UHGV virus genome: UHGV-1358930
Length of the DNA stretch: 64,000 bases
Direction: 5' to 3' (one strand)
Source: a virus
Shown piece after piece: positions 1-9,068 of this stretch (position 1 is its first letter; every line of letters starts with the position of its first letter). A program made the position numbers and the translations under genes. The notes beneath the pieces are model-generated. The model was not told the DNA's origin. It did no database searches and saw only the letters and a program-made list of their open reading frames with translations.

Positions 1-1001
1 CAACAGCTACAAGTTTGAGAGGACGGAAAGAAAGCGTCTATTTTGACAAGTTGTTTTCCATACCAGCTGCACTTGTAAGTCAAGAATTCAACGAATTTTG
101 ACCAGCTTGCGTCAGAAATTGCTCGAGCTAGCTTATGATTCTTGATCATATTTTTGACTTTCAAGTTTTCAACACAAATGATGTCGTGGTTTTTGACAAA
201 TTCTGCTGACAGCTTGTGCAAGAAATCGTTTCGTTGATTTGTTACTTTTTCAAATTGTTTAGCAAGGCTAATTCTTAATTTATTTCTGTTTTTAGATCCT
301 TTCTGTTTCTTCAAAAATTGCCTTTGAAGTCTCTTTAACTTCTCAGCTGATTTTGAAAGATACTTTGGATTTTTGATCTTATCACGATCAGAAGTTATTG
401 CGAAATCTTTGATGCCTAGATCAATTCCTACAACAGATCCGGTCTTGTCAAACTCTTCAATTTTAACATCTTTACAACAGATACTTGCGAAATATTTTCC
501 GGAAGCTGTTTTTGAGATGGTTGCCGAAAGCGGGACACCTATGATATCTAAATTTCCTCTAAATTTTACCCATTTGAGTTTAGGTACGAACAATTTGTTG
601 TTTTCAACATGAAATTGAGCCGGTGTTGAATATGTAGATTTATAGGATTGACGGCTTGCTGACTTTTTCTTGAATTTTGGAAATCCTAGATTCTTTCCTT
701 GTTTTATGTTACGGAAGAAATTTTGGTATGCAGTATCAAGATCTCTAAGAGAAGATTGCAAACTCATTGCTTCTACTTCCTTCAAGAAAGCATACTCATC
801 TAATTTCTTCATCTGAGTAAGAAGTGAAGAATTTTGATTATAAGTGTTCGACTTTCCAGTCTCTTCATAATCTTTGATAGATTTAGCCAGATAATAGTTG
901 TAAACAAATCTGCAGCATCCAAAGGTTTTTCCAATTTGCGCAATCTGCTGTTTATTCGGGTATATTCTTATTTTATAAGCTTTCAGAATCATTTTGGTCA
1001 T
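1..1001 (-). CDS. tnpB: TnpB (OrfB_IS605 family RuvC-like, RNA-guided-nuclease-type) protein, C-terminus truncated by window edge
   Basis: Manual translation of the reverse complement from ATG at 1001-999: MTKMILKAYKIRIYPNKQQIAQIGKTFGCCRFVYNYYL..., the typical TnpB N-terminus. RuvC-I GIDLGIKDFAITSD, RuvC-II CVENLKVKNM, and a zinc-finger start SSQTCSCC at the window edge. Absent from the ORF track because it has no in-window stop. Overlaps the tnpA stop by 28 nt. Confidence 0.8.
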   Translation of the reverse strand, partial: MTKMILKAYKIRIYPNKQQIAQIGKTFGCCRFVYNYYLAKSIKDYEETGKSNTYNQNSSLLTQMKKLDEYAFLKEVEAMSLQSSLRDLDTAYQNFFRNIKQGKNLGFPKFKKKSASRQSYKSTYSTPAQFHVENNKLFVPKLKWVKFRGNLDIIGVPLSATISKTASGKYFASICCKDVKIEEFDKTGSVVGIDLGIKDFAITSDRDKIKNPKYLSKSAEKLKRLQRQFLKKQKGSKNRNKLRISLAKQFEKVTNQRNDFLHKLSAEFVKNHDIICVENLKVKNMIKNHKLARAISDASWSKFVEFLTYKCSWYGKQLVKIDAFFPSSQTCSC

Positions 1002-1593
1002 CTTCAAGTGCCTCTCTTATTTTTGCTACTCGACGCTTTGAATACATTTTCATTGAGTAACAATGTAGCAAACTTACGATTTCCTCAAAAATTTCTTCAG
1101 AATCTAATTTTTCTGATCCTACTTGAGAAGCAACAACTATCTCTGTGCCAAATTTCTTAAAAAGATGATAAAATAATTCAAAACCAACACGCGAAAGTCG
1201 ATCTTTGTAAGTGATGACAACTTTAGCGACTTTATAATTAAGCACATCATCTAACAATTTGAAAAATTCTTTTCGCTTATCGAATGATATTCCAGATGCG
1301 ATGTCTTTGAAAACATCATCTACTTGAATACCATTGTTTATGCAGAAGTTATTCAAAATTTCAACTTGTCGACTAAGATCATTTTTCTGTTCAGGAGTAG
1401 AAACTCTAGCATAAATATAGTTGAGACGCATATTTCCTTTATTCAACATCGCATATACATCATCATCGTTGTATATGCGTTTCCCTGTAGGAGATAATTC
1501 ATAACGAATGAGGCCTTTTTTACAATATGTACCGAGTGTAGGTTGTGTAATATCTAATAGTTCTAAAACTTCCTTAGCCTTCATATGTATCAC
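973..1593 (-). CDS. tnpA: IS607-type TnpA serine recombinase (MerR-like HTH fused to resolvase catalytic domain)
   Basis: Catalytic serine motif YARVSTPEQ and DRLSR motif. N-terminal HTH (KAKEVLELLDITQPTLGTYCKKGLI). 206 aa. Confidence 0.85.
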   Translation of the reverse strand: MIHMKAKEVLELLDITQPTLGTYCKKGLIRYELSPTGKRIYNDDDVYAMLNKGNMRLNYIYARVSTPEQKNDLSRQVEILNNFCINNGIQVDDVFKDIASGISFDKRKEFFKLLDDVLNYKVAKVVITYKDRLSRVGFELFYHLFKKFGTEIVVASQVGSEKLDSEEIFEEIVSLLHCYSMKMYSKRRVAKIREALEDDQNDSESL

Positions 1594-1711
1594 CTCAAAA
1601 ATGATATAAGGTTAAGAAATTTATAGAATATGTTTATTTTTAGGAGATTTAATCAATGAACAGGGAGTTCCAGTAAATGACGACAGATATAACAATCGGT
1701 TCAATCTTTGT

Positions 1712-2122
1712 TTGGAATACAGTCAACTCTATGGGCACACATACGGCATCGATAAAGAAGTTGTCGTTGCAAGATACAATCGACCCGATGATACTTTTTA
1801 TGAAGAGGATACGGGAAAGCCTATCAACTATAGAGATATTAAATCTTGGTATCGCTCTTATGACGACGACGAAATTGGGATGCAAATTGTTTATCAATCT
1901 ACTTTTAAGTTTGATAAGAACTTGAGTGAAATTGTAGTTTGCTACAGCATGTTTGATTACTATTTCGTAGATGTTTGGTTTCATACTGGAGAAGCTGATG
2001 ACAGCGATCCAAACAGAATCAATTACATCAGAACTAAATCTTTTCTAGCTGCAGAGAAAGTATACTATGAGAAACTGTCGGATCTAAACAAGAAAATGGA
2101 GGAAAAGAAGATGAATTGCTGA
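1712..2122 (+). CDS. Hypothetical protein; only a TTG start is available, possibly the 3' portion of a gene disrupted by the IS607 insertion
   Basis: 136-aa ORF with protein-like composition but no upstream in-frame ATG and no RBS. Begins about 60 nt from the inferred IS end. Confidence 0.35.
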   Translation: MEYSQLYGHTYGIDKEVVVARYNRPDDTFYEEDTGKPINYRDIKSWYRSYDDDEIGMQIVYQSTFKFDKNLSEIVVCYSMFDYYFVDVWFHTGEADDSDPNRINYIRTKSFLAAEKVYYEKLSDLNKKMEEKKMNC

Positions 2123-2180
2123 ACCTAAGCGCAGTGGAAGATGATGAACAGTTATAGGAAAATTGATAGGAGGAAATCAT

Positions 2181-2411
2181 ATGACACTTATTGAACTGCA
2201 GAATAAACTTGGAGAGCAGATAGACGCATTGACAGATCCCGACACTTCTTTTGAATACAAGAAGCAAGTTGCCGAAATTTCATCTGTTATTTCGAGTTTA
2301 GCAAAACAGATGATCAACAATGCGAACATTGTTCTTCGTAGAGATAAGATGGTATCTGAGGGCAAGCTCAAACACGCTACAATTAACAAGCTGATTGATT
2401 ATGAAAACTAA
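2181..2411 (+). CDS. Hypothetical small early protein
   Basis: ATG at 2181 preceded by AGGAGG (2170-2175). 76 aa. Confidence 0.5.
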   Translation: MTLIELQNKLGEQIDALTDPDTSFEYKKQVAEISSVISSLAKQMINNANIVLRRDKMVSEGKLKHATINKLIDYEN

Positions 2412-2958
2412 GCGACACTTCACGCAAGAGCAAGATACTTGGCTAAGGAGAAACTACACATGTTTTTCTAGTTATAGAGATATGACAGAAAAATTCAACG
2501 GAGTATTCCAAGAAACTAACTCCATGGAACGCGTTCGAGAACATTGCAACAAGGTACTTCATCTAAAGGGTAAACCAAGTACAACAAGATATGGATGTAA
2601 AAGAAAGGAACAGCTGCCTATCGGAACTATACGTGTTTCCCAGACTGCTACATTCATTAAAGTTAAAGAGGTTCCAGAGCAAGAGCATTCTAGCATCAAA
2701 GGATACATGAGACCTTATTGGATACCTTTGCAAGAAAAAATATATTCCGATAAATTTGGACCTGTACCTGAAGGAAACATGATATGTTTTCTCGACAACG
2801 ACCGGACGAATTTTAACATCGATAATCTTTGCATGATAGATAGAAAGATTTCTGCTGTTATGTCCAGCAACCAATGGTGGTCAACGGATCCTGAGATAAC
2901 AAAAACAGCTATACTCTGGTGCAAGCTACACTACGCAATTAAATCCGCATCTAATTAA
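2401..2958 (+). CDS. HNH-type homing endonuclease (HNH_3-like)
   Basis: C-terminal segment GPVPEGNMICFLDNDRTNFNIDNLCMIDRKISAVM fits the HNH_3 pattern with conserved D/N residues. N-terminal basic region. Confidence 0.5.
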   Translation: MKTKRHFTQEQDTWLRRNYTCFSSYRDMTEKFNGVFQETNSMERVREHCNKVLHLKGKPSTTRYGCKRKEQLPIGTIRVSQTATFIKVKEVPEQEHSSIKGYMRPYWIPLQEKIYSDKFGPVPEGNMICFLDNDRTNFNIDNLCMIDRKISAVMSSNQWWSTDPEITKTAILWCKLHYAIKSASN

Positions 2959-3009
2959 ACAAGCATCGTTATATTTGAATGTAATCAATATTACCTGGAG
3001 GTAAACAAT

Positions 3010-3954
3010 ATGTCTGCTAATGTAGAAACAATGTTTAGTGTGAGAGAAGTTCCGTGGCACGGTCTTGGAACTATTGTGCAGGAAGCACCTACTTCTAAAG
3101 ACGCACTTCATCTTGCTGGCCTGGATTGGAATGTTGTCTCTCGTCCGATCTTCACAGAAGACGGACAAGAAATCGAAGGATATAAATCTAATATTCGAGA
3201 TTCTGATAATACAGTACTCGGTATTGTATCTAATAAGTACAAGATTGTTCAGAACGCTGAAGCCTTTGAGTTCACTGATGCGCTTATTTCTGAAGACGTA
3301 AGATACGAAACAGCTGGATCACTTAGAAATGGAAAGCAGATCTGGCTCCTCGCAAAGATGCCTCAGACAAAAATTGTAGGAGATGCGGTAGATCCATATA
3401 TCTGTTTTACAAACAGCCATGACGGCTTAGGTTCTATCAGATGCTGTATGACTCCGGTTCGCGTCGTTTGCAACAACACCTTGTCGCTCGCCCTTGAGAA
3501 CGCCTCGAGATCATGGTCTACTAAACATGTTGGTGATATTTCGACTAAGCTTGCAGAAGCCAGGCGCACATTGCTTCTTGCCAATGACTATATGAGTAAC
3601 TTAGCCGAAACTGCTGATAAGCTTGCAAATACAACATTCACACAGAGCAAGGTTGAGGAGTTCGTTTCTGAGTTGTTTAAAGCACCTGATGACGCAACAG
3701 ATCGAGTAAAGAACAATGTAGAAGCCTCTAAGCAAGCTTTCATGTATTGTTACTTTGCACCAGATATTGCGAAGTTTCAGGGTACTGCGTGGGGAGTTGT
3801 AAATGCGGCTTCTGATTTTGCAACACATGCAGCTCCAGTTCGTAAGACGGCGAAGTACGCAGAAAACCGGTTCTCAAATTTGTTGAATGGTAATGTTATC
3901 ATTGACACTACAATGTTAGCTATGATGAAACTTCTCAATAAGAGCGTCAGTTAA
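3010..3954 (+). CDS. DUF932 / phage-plasmid TIGR03299-like protein
   Basis: Motifs LLAKMPQ and NSHDGLGSIRCCMTPVRVVCNNTL resemble the DUF932 core. RBS GGAGG upstream. Confidence 0.55.
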   Translation: MSANVETMFSVREVPWHGLGTIVQEAPTSKDALHLAGLDWNVVSRPIFTEDGQEIEGYKSNIRDSDNTVLGIVSNKYKIVQNAEAFEFTDALISEDVRYETAGSLRNGKQIWLLAKMPQTKIVGDAVDPYICFTNSHDGLGSIRCCMTPVRVVCNNTLSLALENASRSWSTKHVGDISTKLAEARRTLLLANDYMSNLAETADKLANTTFTQSKVEEFVSELFKAPDDATDRVKNNVEASKQAFMYCYFAPDIAKFQGTAWGVVNAASDFATHAAPVRKTAKYAENRFSNLLNGNVIIDTTMLAMMKLLNKSVS

Positions 3955-3984
3955 TTCCGTATTCGATTTTGACAAATATGCCTG

Positions 3985-4587
3985 TTGGAAGAGATGCTTA
4001 TTTTCAAATCTGATGTGATACGCTCAAAGATGCACTTATGCGCCAGCCATGCCCATCAGGTGACAAAATATGATTTTGAGATTGCTAATTGGCTTGAGAA
4101 TCCTAGTGTTGATGTAGAGTCTATATCCGATGGCGATGGTACATCTTTCGAGAAACTACTGTATGGTAATGACGTAACTGACGGACTATGTCGCCACATT
4201 GAGGAAATTGAGGTAAAAAAATTGACAGAAATCGTTCTAATGCCCTGTAAAAGATGCGGTTACAATCATGGCAGAATAATACCATACGGTCATTTTCAGA
4301 GCAATCAAACTACATATCGTATTTCTTGTCCAAGATGTAGTTATTGTACTAAAGAAAAAGCAACAGTAGAAGAAGCAGCTGAAGCTTGGAACAAGAGGAA
4401 GCGCAATGATGGATTGAAACCATGTCCGTTCTGCGGTGCACATCCTGTTCGGGAATATTTGCCAGACGGAAAAGAATATATCATTTGCTCAAATGCAAAT
4501 TGTTCGTGTCAACCAATGACTGCGGCATACAAATGTAAAGGTACAGCGGCAAGAAACTGGAACAGGAGAATGAAAGATGACTCGTAA
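3985..4587 (+). CDS. Tandem Lar-family restriction-alleviation-like zinc-ribbon protein (start codon uncertain)
   Basis: Two repeats of the Lar-like module: PCKRCGYNHG...CPRCSYC...EEAAEAWNKRK and KPCPFCGAHP...CSNANCSC...AARNWNRR. TTG start in the track, no strong RBS. Confidence 0.5.
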   Translation: MEEMLIFKSDVIRSKMHLCASHAHQVTKYDFEIANWLENPSVDVESISDGDGTSFEKLLYGNDVTDGLCRHIEEIEVKKLTEIVLMPCKRCGYNHGRIIPYGHFQSNQTTYRISCPRCSYCTKEKATVEEAAEAWNKRKRNDGLKPCPFCGAHPVREYLPDGKEYIICSNANCSCQPMTAAYKCKGTAARNWNRRMKDDS

Positions 4588-4712
4588 ACGATTTATCAAG
4601 TTGCTGATGTCTTGTAGAATACAGAGAAATAGCGCGAGACGGTTGGCAGATCTTATGTGCGAAGCACGGTATCCATACTTTTTCGCTTGGATCATTATAG
4701 AATGGAGGTTAC

Positions 4713-4886
4713 ATGCAACATAAGAAACTAATAGAAGAGCTATTAGACGATTGCAATAGTCTTGATATTCTTGCTAGTTACATTGAGCTTGCTCCGGAAT
4801 TAGAACAACTGCGCACTCATCTGATTTCCATCAAGAGTCGAATTTTAGAAGCAGTCGATATTCTGAAGGAGGGGAATAATGATTAA
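4713..4886 (+). CDS. Hypothetical small protein (57 aa)
   Basis: ATG at 4713 with GGAGG 7 nt upstream. Not in the ORF track (<60 aa). Overlaps the next gene by 8 nt. Confidence 0.45.
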   Translation: MQHKKLIEELLDDCNSLDILASYIELAPELEQLRTHLISIKSRILEAVDILKEGNND

Positions 4887-5142
4887 AACTTTTGTTAAGA
4901 AACCGGTTGAAATTCACGCAGTTCAATGGACTGGTGACAATTTCAGTGAGATTGCAGATTTTGTCGGAGCAGAGAATTTAGTCTGTATCGGAAGATGTGG
5001 AGACTTAGATCTAAATATCTACACCTTAGAAGGCATCCATCATGCTGAAGTAGGTGATTGGATTATCTGTGGTGTTAAAGGAGAATTTTATCCTTGCAAA
5101 CCTGATATTTTTGAGCAAACATATGAAGAGGTATCTCAATGA
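4879..5142 (+). CDS. Hypothetical protein
   Basis: Strong RBS GAAGGAGGGG upstream. 87 aa. Confidence 0.6.
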   Translation: MIKTFVKKPVEIHAVQWTGDNFSEIADFVGAENLVCIGRCGDLDLNIYTLEGIHHAEVGDWIICGVKGEFYPCKPDIFEQTYEEVSQ

Positions 5143-5426
5143 TATGGCCTAAAGATATTTCATTTGAAGGGTACAGCAAAAAGAAAGACGAGTGGTTCAA
5201 CGATCCGGATCATTTTCTTGGTGATCCTCCAATTTCTGCTCAGTATGCACTTGATCTGATATTTAAAACCTTGGTAGATGATAAAGAAAATTATCCTTAT
5301 CTTACCACTATGTCAGAAAACGCAGAGCAAACTAACTCAATTATGCTAGAAATATTACTAAGGAAATACAGCAGGAGATATCGTAAATACTTAAAGAAGT
5401 TAAGAAAGGAAAAGCATAATGAGTAA
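5139..5426 (+). CDS. Hypothetical protein
   Basis: ATGA overlap coupling with the upstream gene. 95 aa. Confidence 0.5.
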   Translation: MIWPKDISFEGYSKKKDEWFNDPDHFLGDPPISAQYALDLIFKTLVDDKENYPYLTTMSENAEQTNSIMLEILLRKYSRRYRKYLKKLRKEKHNE

Positions 5427-5613
5427 TGCAACGCAAAACGCGTCTAGATGTTTTCTTGGAGCAACATCCCGAGGAAAAGCTCAATGCACAGGAGGTGTTA
5501 GATTCATGACCGATTACTTCTGCTGCTTATGAATATGTTAGTGACCATTGTAAAAGTCTAGATAAGAGTTGTGGATTTTGCCGACGTGATTTCTGGTTGG
5601 AGGAGGTAGAATA

Positions 5614-5985
5614 ATGGATACAGTAAACTTCATTAAAGAACGAACCAGAATGCGCAAGAGTTTTGGTGATGAATGTGAAGAGTGTCCGGCTTTTAATGCC
5701 TGCGAAGATGAATTATGTTCTTGTGCAGTTGACGTAGAGTCGCCAATGGACGCTGTAGATCAAATCGCTATAGTCGAGGAGTGGGCTAAAGAGCACCCAC
5801 GCAAGACTCGGCAGAGCAAGTTCTTGGAGCAATATCCAGAGGCAGATCTGAATGCGCTTGGTGTGATATCTATCTGCCCGCTTAAACTTATCAAAACTCA
5901 TGAGAATTCCAACAGAATTTGCAAGACTGTAGGCAAAACATGTGATGATTGCATGCAGGAATTCTGGAGTGAGGAAATAGATTGA
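5614..5985 (+). CDS. Hypothetical Cys-rich protein
   Basis: RBS GGAGGAGG. 123 aa with CEECPAFNAC...CSC and CDDC clusters. Confidence 0.55.
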   Translation: MDTVNFIKERTRMRKSFGDECEECPAFNACEDELCSCAVDVESPMDAVDQIAIVEEWAKEHPRKTRQSKFLEQYPEADLNALGVISICPLKLIKTHENSNRICKTVGKTCDDCMQEFWSEEID

Positions 5986-6028
5986 CGTAGCGATAATGCT
6001 GTTTTAGATATTTAGGAGGAACAAAACA

Positions 6029-6247
6029 ATGAGTATTGAAGTAATTGTAGATATGTTAGCAAACGCTTTTCCGGATGCCGGAGTCAGAATCGTCAAAATG
6101 ATGAACTACGGAGGTCGAACGCTTGTGCATGAGGGTAAGATTTCGGATAGTAGACCAATAGCATCAGCACTCAATCCAATCTTGTCCGTAAAGTCCACCG
6201 AATACTATCCCGAAGCAGGTATAATCGTGATTTTGTGTACAGCTTGA
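6029..6247 (+). CDS. Hypothetical protein
   Basis: RBS TAGGAGGAAC. 72 aa. Confidence 0.5.
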   Translation: MSIEVIVDMLANAFPDAGVRIVKMMNYGGRTLVHEGKISDSRPIASALNPILSVKSTEYYPEAGIIVILCTA

Positions 6248-6311
6248 TTTTTTTTATTTTTCCTTTCGAGCTACTGGCACAGCTAACCGCTGTGCCTTTA
6301 GCTTTGATCAA

Positions 6312-6365
6312 ATTATTAACGAATTATTAACGATAGTTGAATTTCTGCTCAAATCGTTATATAAT
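6312..6365 (+). promoter_or_regulatory. Strong sigma70-type promoter preceded by two perfect tandem 11-bp direct repeats (ATTATTAACGA x2)
   Basis: Repeats at 6312-6322 and 6323-6333. -35 TTGAAT at 6337-6342. 17-nt spacer. -10 TATAAT at 6360-6365. Near-identical module at 60654-60707. Confidence 0.7.
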
Positions 6366-6469
6366 ATAAACAATAAGATATGTAGTCAGTATCAGGACGT
6401 AGATAGAAACTATAAACATAAACAAATATCCTCAACACATCAAGAAGGTTCAAACCTGGAGGTACTAAA

Positions 6470-7660
6470 ATGGCTCAGTATGCAATTTACGAAGAGAATT
6501 TCGATCGTCTGCAGAAGAAAATCACGACAATCGCAAACAAGTGCAAGAAGTTCGGATGTGAGTTCAAGTTTGAAGTAGTTGGAAGCGAACTCCGACAGGT
6601 AACTGATGACGAAGGAAACCAGAGAAACTGCAGATTCATTCTTGTAGAAGCAGAAGGAACTGCTAAGCTCAATGATTGGGAGTTCATTGCTTCTATTGAA
6701 CATAATGAAGGCGGAAACGTCATTCGTACTTTCAAAAAAGACGTAGACATTCCTACTCGTTATTTCAATTCGGATCCAATCTGCGAACATTGCAATAGCA
6801 AACGTCGTCGTAGCAAGACTTGTCTCGTTCGTAACACCGTCACAGGTGAGTGGAAGCAGGTAGGTCTCTCTTGTCTGAAGGATTTTACTTGCGGACTCAG
6901 CGCAGAAGATGTAGCAAAATATATCAGTTTCTTTGATAAGCTGATCGAAGCCGAAGCGCCTTATTCTGGAACTTGGATCAAGCCTTATTGGTACATTTCT
7001 CAGTATCTTCCTTATGTAGCAGAATGCGTTAAGCGATTTGGATACTTCAATAGCTATAGCGAATATCCGACTTCTATGAGAGCTTTCAGCTATTTCGAGG
7101 TTGACGCATTAGGTAGAGAGTACATAGGTAGCAAATCTATCGAGAACGAGATGCTTGATTGTGGGTTTGAAATTACAGAAGAAAGCAAAAAGCTTGCTGA
7201 TGAAACTATCAATTGGTGCAAGAGTCTCTCCAACGAAACAGACGCTTACATGCACAACTTGGAGGTCATCTTTTTCAACGATTATTTCGCAAGAAGCGAG
7301 TTAGGATATGTTACGTCTGCTGTCAAAGCCTACATGCGTCATAAAGACATTGAAGACAAGAAGCGCAAAGAAGCTGCTGAAAGAGCAAAGGTAGCTCAGA
7401 AGTCTTCTCATAAGTACAACGAAGGCGACAAGGTACAATTTGAAGTTGTCAACTTCCGATACATTACTTCTTTCGATAACATGTACGGAACCACTCATCT
7501 TTACAAGTTTGAAGACAAAGAAGGTAACGTCTACTCTTGGTTCGCTTCTTCTGGGTGTGATGAAGAGAAAGTAAAGTCCATCAAAGGCACAGTTAAGTCT
7601 AACGGCGAATACAACGGAGTAAAGGAAACTTGCCTTACTAGATGCAGAGTTAGTTACTAA
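6470..7660 (+). CDS. Hypothetical early protein (396 aa)
   Basis: RBS TGGAGGT. First gene downstream of the repeat-bearing promoter. About 100-nt leader. Confidence 0.6.
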   Translation: MAQYAIYEENFDRLQKKITTIANKCKKFGCEFKFEVVGSELRQVTDDEGNQRNCRFILVEAEGTAKLNDWEFIASIEHNEGGNVIRTFKKDVDIPTRYFNSDPICEHCNSKRRRSKTCLVRNTVTGEWKQVGLSCLKDFTCGLSAEDVAKYISFFDKLIEAEAPYSGTWIKPYWYISQYLPYVAECVKRFGYFNSYSEYPTSMRAFSYFEVDALGREYIGSKSIENEMLDCGFEITEESKKLADETINWCKSLSNETDAYMHNLEVIFFNDYFARSELGYVTSAVKAYMRHKDIEDKKRKEAAERAKVAQKSSHKYNEGDKVQFEVVNFRYITSFDNMYGTTHLYKFEDKEGNVYSWFASSGCDEEKVKSIKGTVKSNGEYNGVKETCLTRCRVSY

Positions 7661-7675
7661 CAGGAGGAAAACAAA

Positions 7676-7930
7676 ATGAAAAGGGAACTTACACCACAGG
7701 CTATGGTGATGCTTGAACAACAGGCTAAAGCAAATATTAAAAAGTGCAACGAGCAAATCCGAAAAAACACCGAAGTATATAACAACTGGGAGTCTGTCAC
7801 AGATGAACGGCTCTTGAGGTACACTAGAGAACAATATAAAGAAAAATTCATCGACTATTGGCGTGAAGAAAGACGACATCAAGTTTACCGTCTTAACAAT
7901 CAAATCAGAAAAGGTTTCTTGTTTGAATAA
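7676..7930 (+). CDS. Hypothetical protein
   Basis: RBS AGGAGGAAAA. 84 aa, basic. Confidence 0.55.
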   Translation: MKRELTPQAMVMLEQQAKANIKKCNEQIRKNTEVYNNWESVTDERLLRYTREQYKEKFIDYWREERRHQVYRLNNQIRKGFLFE

Positions 7931-7983
7931 GCCGAAACGGGCATACGCGTATTGATAAGACAGGTCAGAAAGGAAGGTAAAAC

Positions 7984-8202
7984 ATGACTCGTTATCATTA
8001 CATTAAGAAGCTCATGTATCTCCAGTACCGGTTGCTGATGCTCCCTACTTGTATAAACCACCATTACTGTACTTCCTATGTTAAGTGTAATTCATATGTT
8101 CTTTATCTTCCTTTTGCAAACGGCGCGCAGACTTATCAAGAGGCTTGGGATCACATATGTGAATCATTAAGAAGTATTAAGGGATTGGAAGATCTAAAGT
8201 AA
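7984..8202 (+). CDS. Hypothetical protein
   Basis: RBS AAGGAAGG. 72 aa. Confidence 0.4.
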   Translation: MTRYHYIKKLMYLQYRLLMLPTCINHHYCTSYVKCNSYVLYLPFANGAQTYQEAWDHICESLRSIKGLEDLK

Positions 8203-8240
8203 TCAACACATCAATAGAATTCAAATTTGGAGGTAGTATT

Positions 8241-8759
8241 ATGTCTAACGGATTTTCTGTTTATCCTTGCAGATGCGGTCGTATTCATATGATTAGTTTG
8301 GACCTTGTAGAGGAAGCTTGTGAAAAGAACATGGACATCATTCATATTTGTCAGAGATGCGGAAGGATGATGAGGATTGGTGGGGATGAGTTTGAGGACG
8401 GATTCTCTCTATACTCATATGATATGACCTTAAACAATCATGTAGTAAACATCGATCTATCTTCTGACTATTCTAGCGAATGTAAACCTATTCTGAGAAT
8501 CATTTCAGAGCCTGGTATTTGTGTTCCAATGAGGACTGGCGGATACGCAACCGAATATTACTCCGGAATTTTTAGAGATGGCACTAGACCTGATTTTTAT
8601 AGAAAGCGTACAGATGAAACTTACGAGGAGTTCCTTCGAAAGTGGGACATCGATGCTTCAACTGTCAATATGAATCTTTTGAAGAGGTGGAATGACAAAG
8701 AGAAGTTGGAATACATTAAGAAGCATACTTGTTTTGATCAATTCAATTGGAGTGAATGA
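8241..8759 (+). CDS. Hypothetical Cys-cluster protein
   Basis: RBS TGGAGGT. CRCGR...CQRCGR zinc-ribbon-like pairs. Confidence 0.55.
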   Translation: MSNGFSVYPCRCGRIHMISLDLVEEACEKNMDIIHICQRCGRMMRIGGDEFEDGFSLYSYDMTLNNHVVNIDLSSDYSSECKPILRIISEPGICVPMRTGGYATEYYSGIFRDGTRPDFYRKRTDETYEEFLRKWDIDASTVNMNLLKRWNDKEKLEYIKKHTCFDQFNWSE

Positions 8760-8779
8760 AAGTCTAGGAGGAGATTAGC

Positions 8780-9064
8780 ATGGAAAACAAATATTACATT
8801 GTCTGTGGAGATCGTAGTGGTGTTTTCTTCGGTCAGATTGCCAGTCGGAACGGGCCGGAGGTTGAGTTGCGAAATGCGCGGAAACTTTGGTGTTGCGATG
8901 GTGCGTTTTCAGTAAAGGAGTTGGCTGTAGAGGAGTTGGCTGTAGAAGGTGTGACGAATCCAAGCATCTGTAAATTTACTGCAGTTGTGCCAGAAATCGT
9001 TATCACAGACGCAATTCAGATTTTGCTATGCTCGGATAAAGCAGCTTTTGCTATGCTCGGATAA
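8780..9064 (+). CDS. Hypothetical protein containing two recent tandem duplications
   Basis: RBS TAGGAGGAG. Encodes ELAVEELAVE from a 15-bp duplication. The 3' end lies inside a 25-bp duplication. Confidence 0.5.
   Translation: MENKYYIVCGDRSGVFFGQIASRNGPEVELRNARKLWCCDGAFSVKELAVEELAVEGVTNPSICKFTAVVPEIVITDAIQILLCSDKAAFAMLG
8916..8945. repeat. Perfect 15-bp tandem duplication (AGGAGTTGGCTGTAG x2) inside a CDS
   Basis: Read directly from sequence. In-frame 5-aa repeat. Confidence 0.9.
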
Positions 9065-9068
9065 AGCA
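9021..9068. repeat. 25-bp tandem duplication (TTTTGCTATGCTCGGATAAAGCAGC, second copy ends ...AGCAAC) spanning the stop codon of the 8780 gene
   Basis: Read directly from sequence. The period is not a multiple of 3, so the second copy supplies the stop. Confidence 0.85.

Larger units (their letters stand above)
1..1650 (-). mobile_element. IS607-family insertion sequence, partial (tnpA plus 5' portion of tnpB; element continues beyond window start; left boundary near 1600-1660 not defined)
   Basis: Serine-recombinase tnpA immediately followed by overlapping tnpB on the same strand is the diagnostic IS607 arrangement. No clear terminal inverted repeats, as is usual for this family. Confidence 0.7.

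Noticed and set aside
373-612. 79-aa + strand ORF at the window start
   Set aside because: It lies antisense to the clearly coding tnpB frame with RuvC motifs. It has no RBS.
5426-5509. 27-aa ORF (MQRKTRLDVFLEQHPEEKLNAQEVLDS) overlapping the stop of the 5139 gene
   Set aside because: It has no RBS, is very short and has no supporting features. It could be real but is unsupported.
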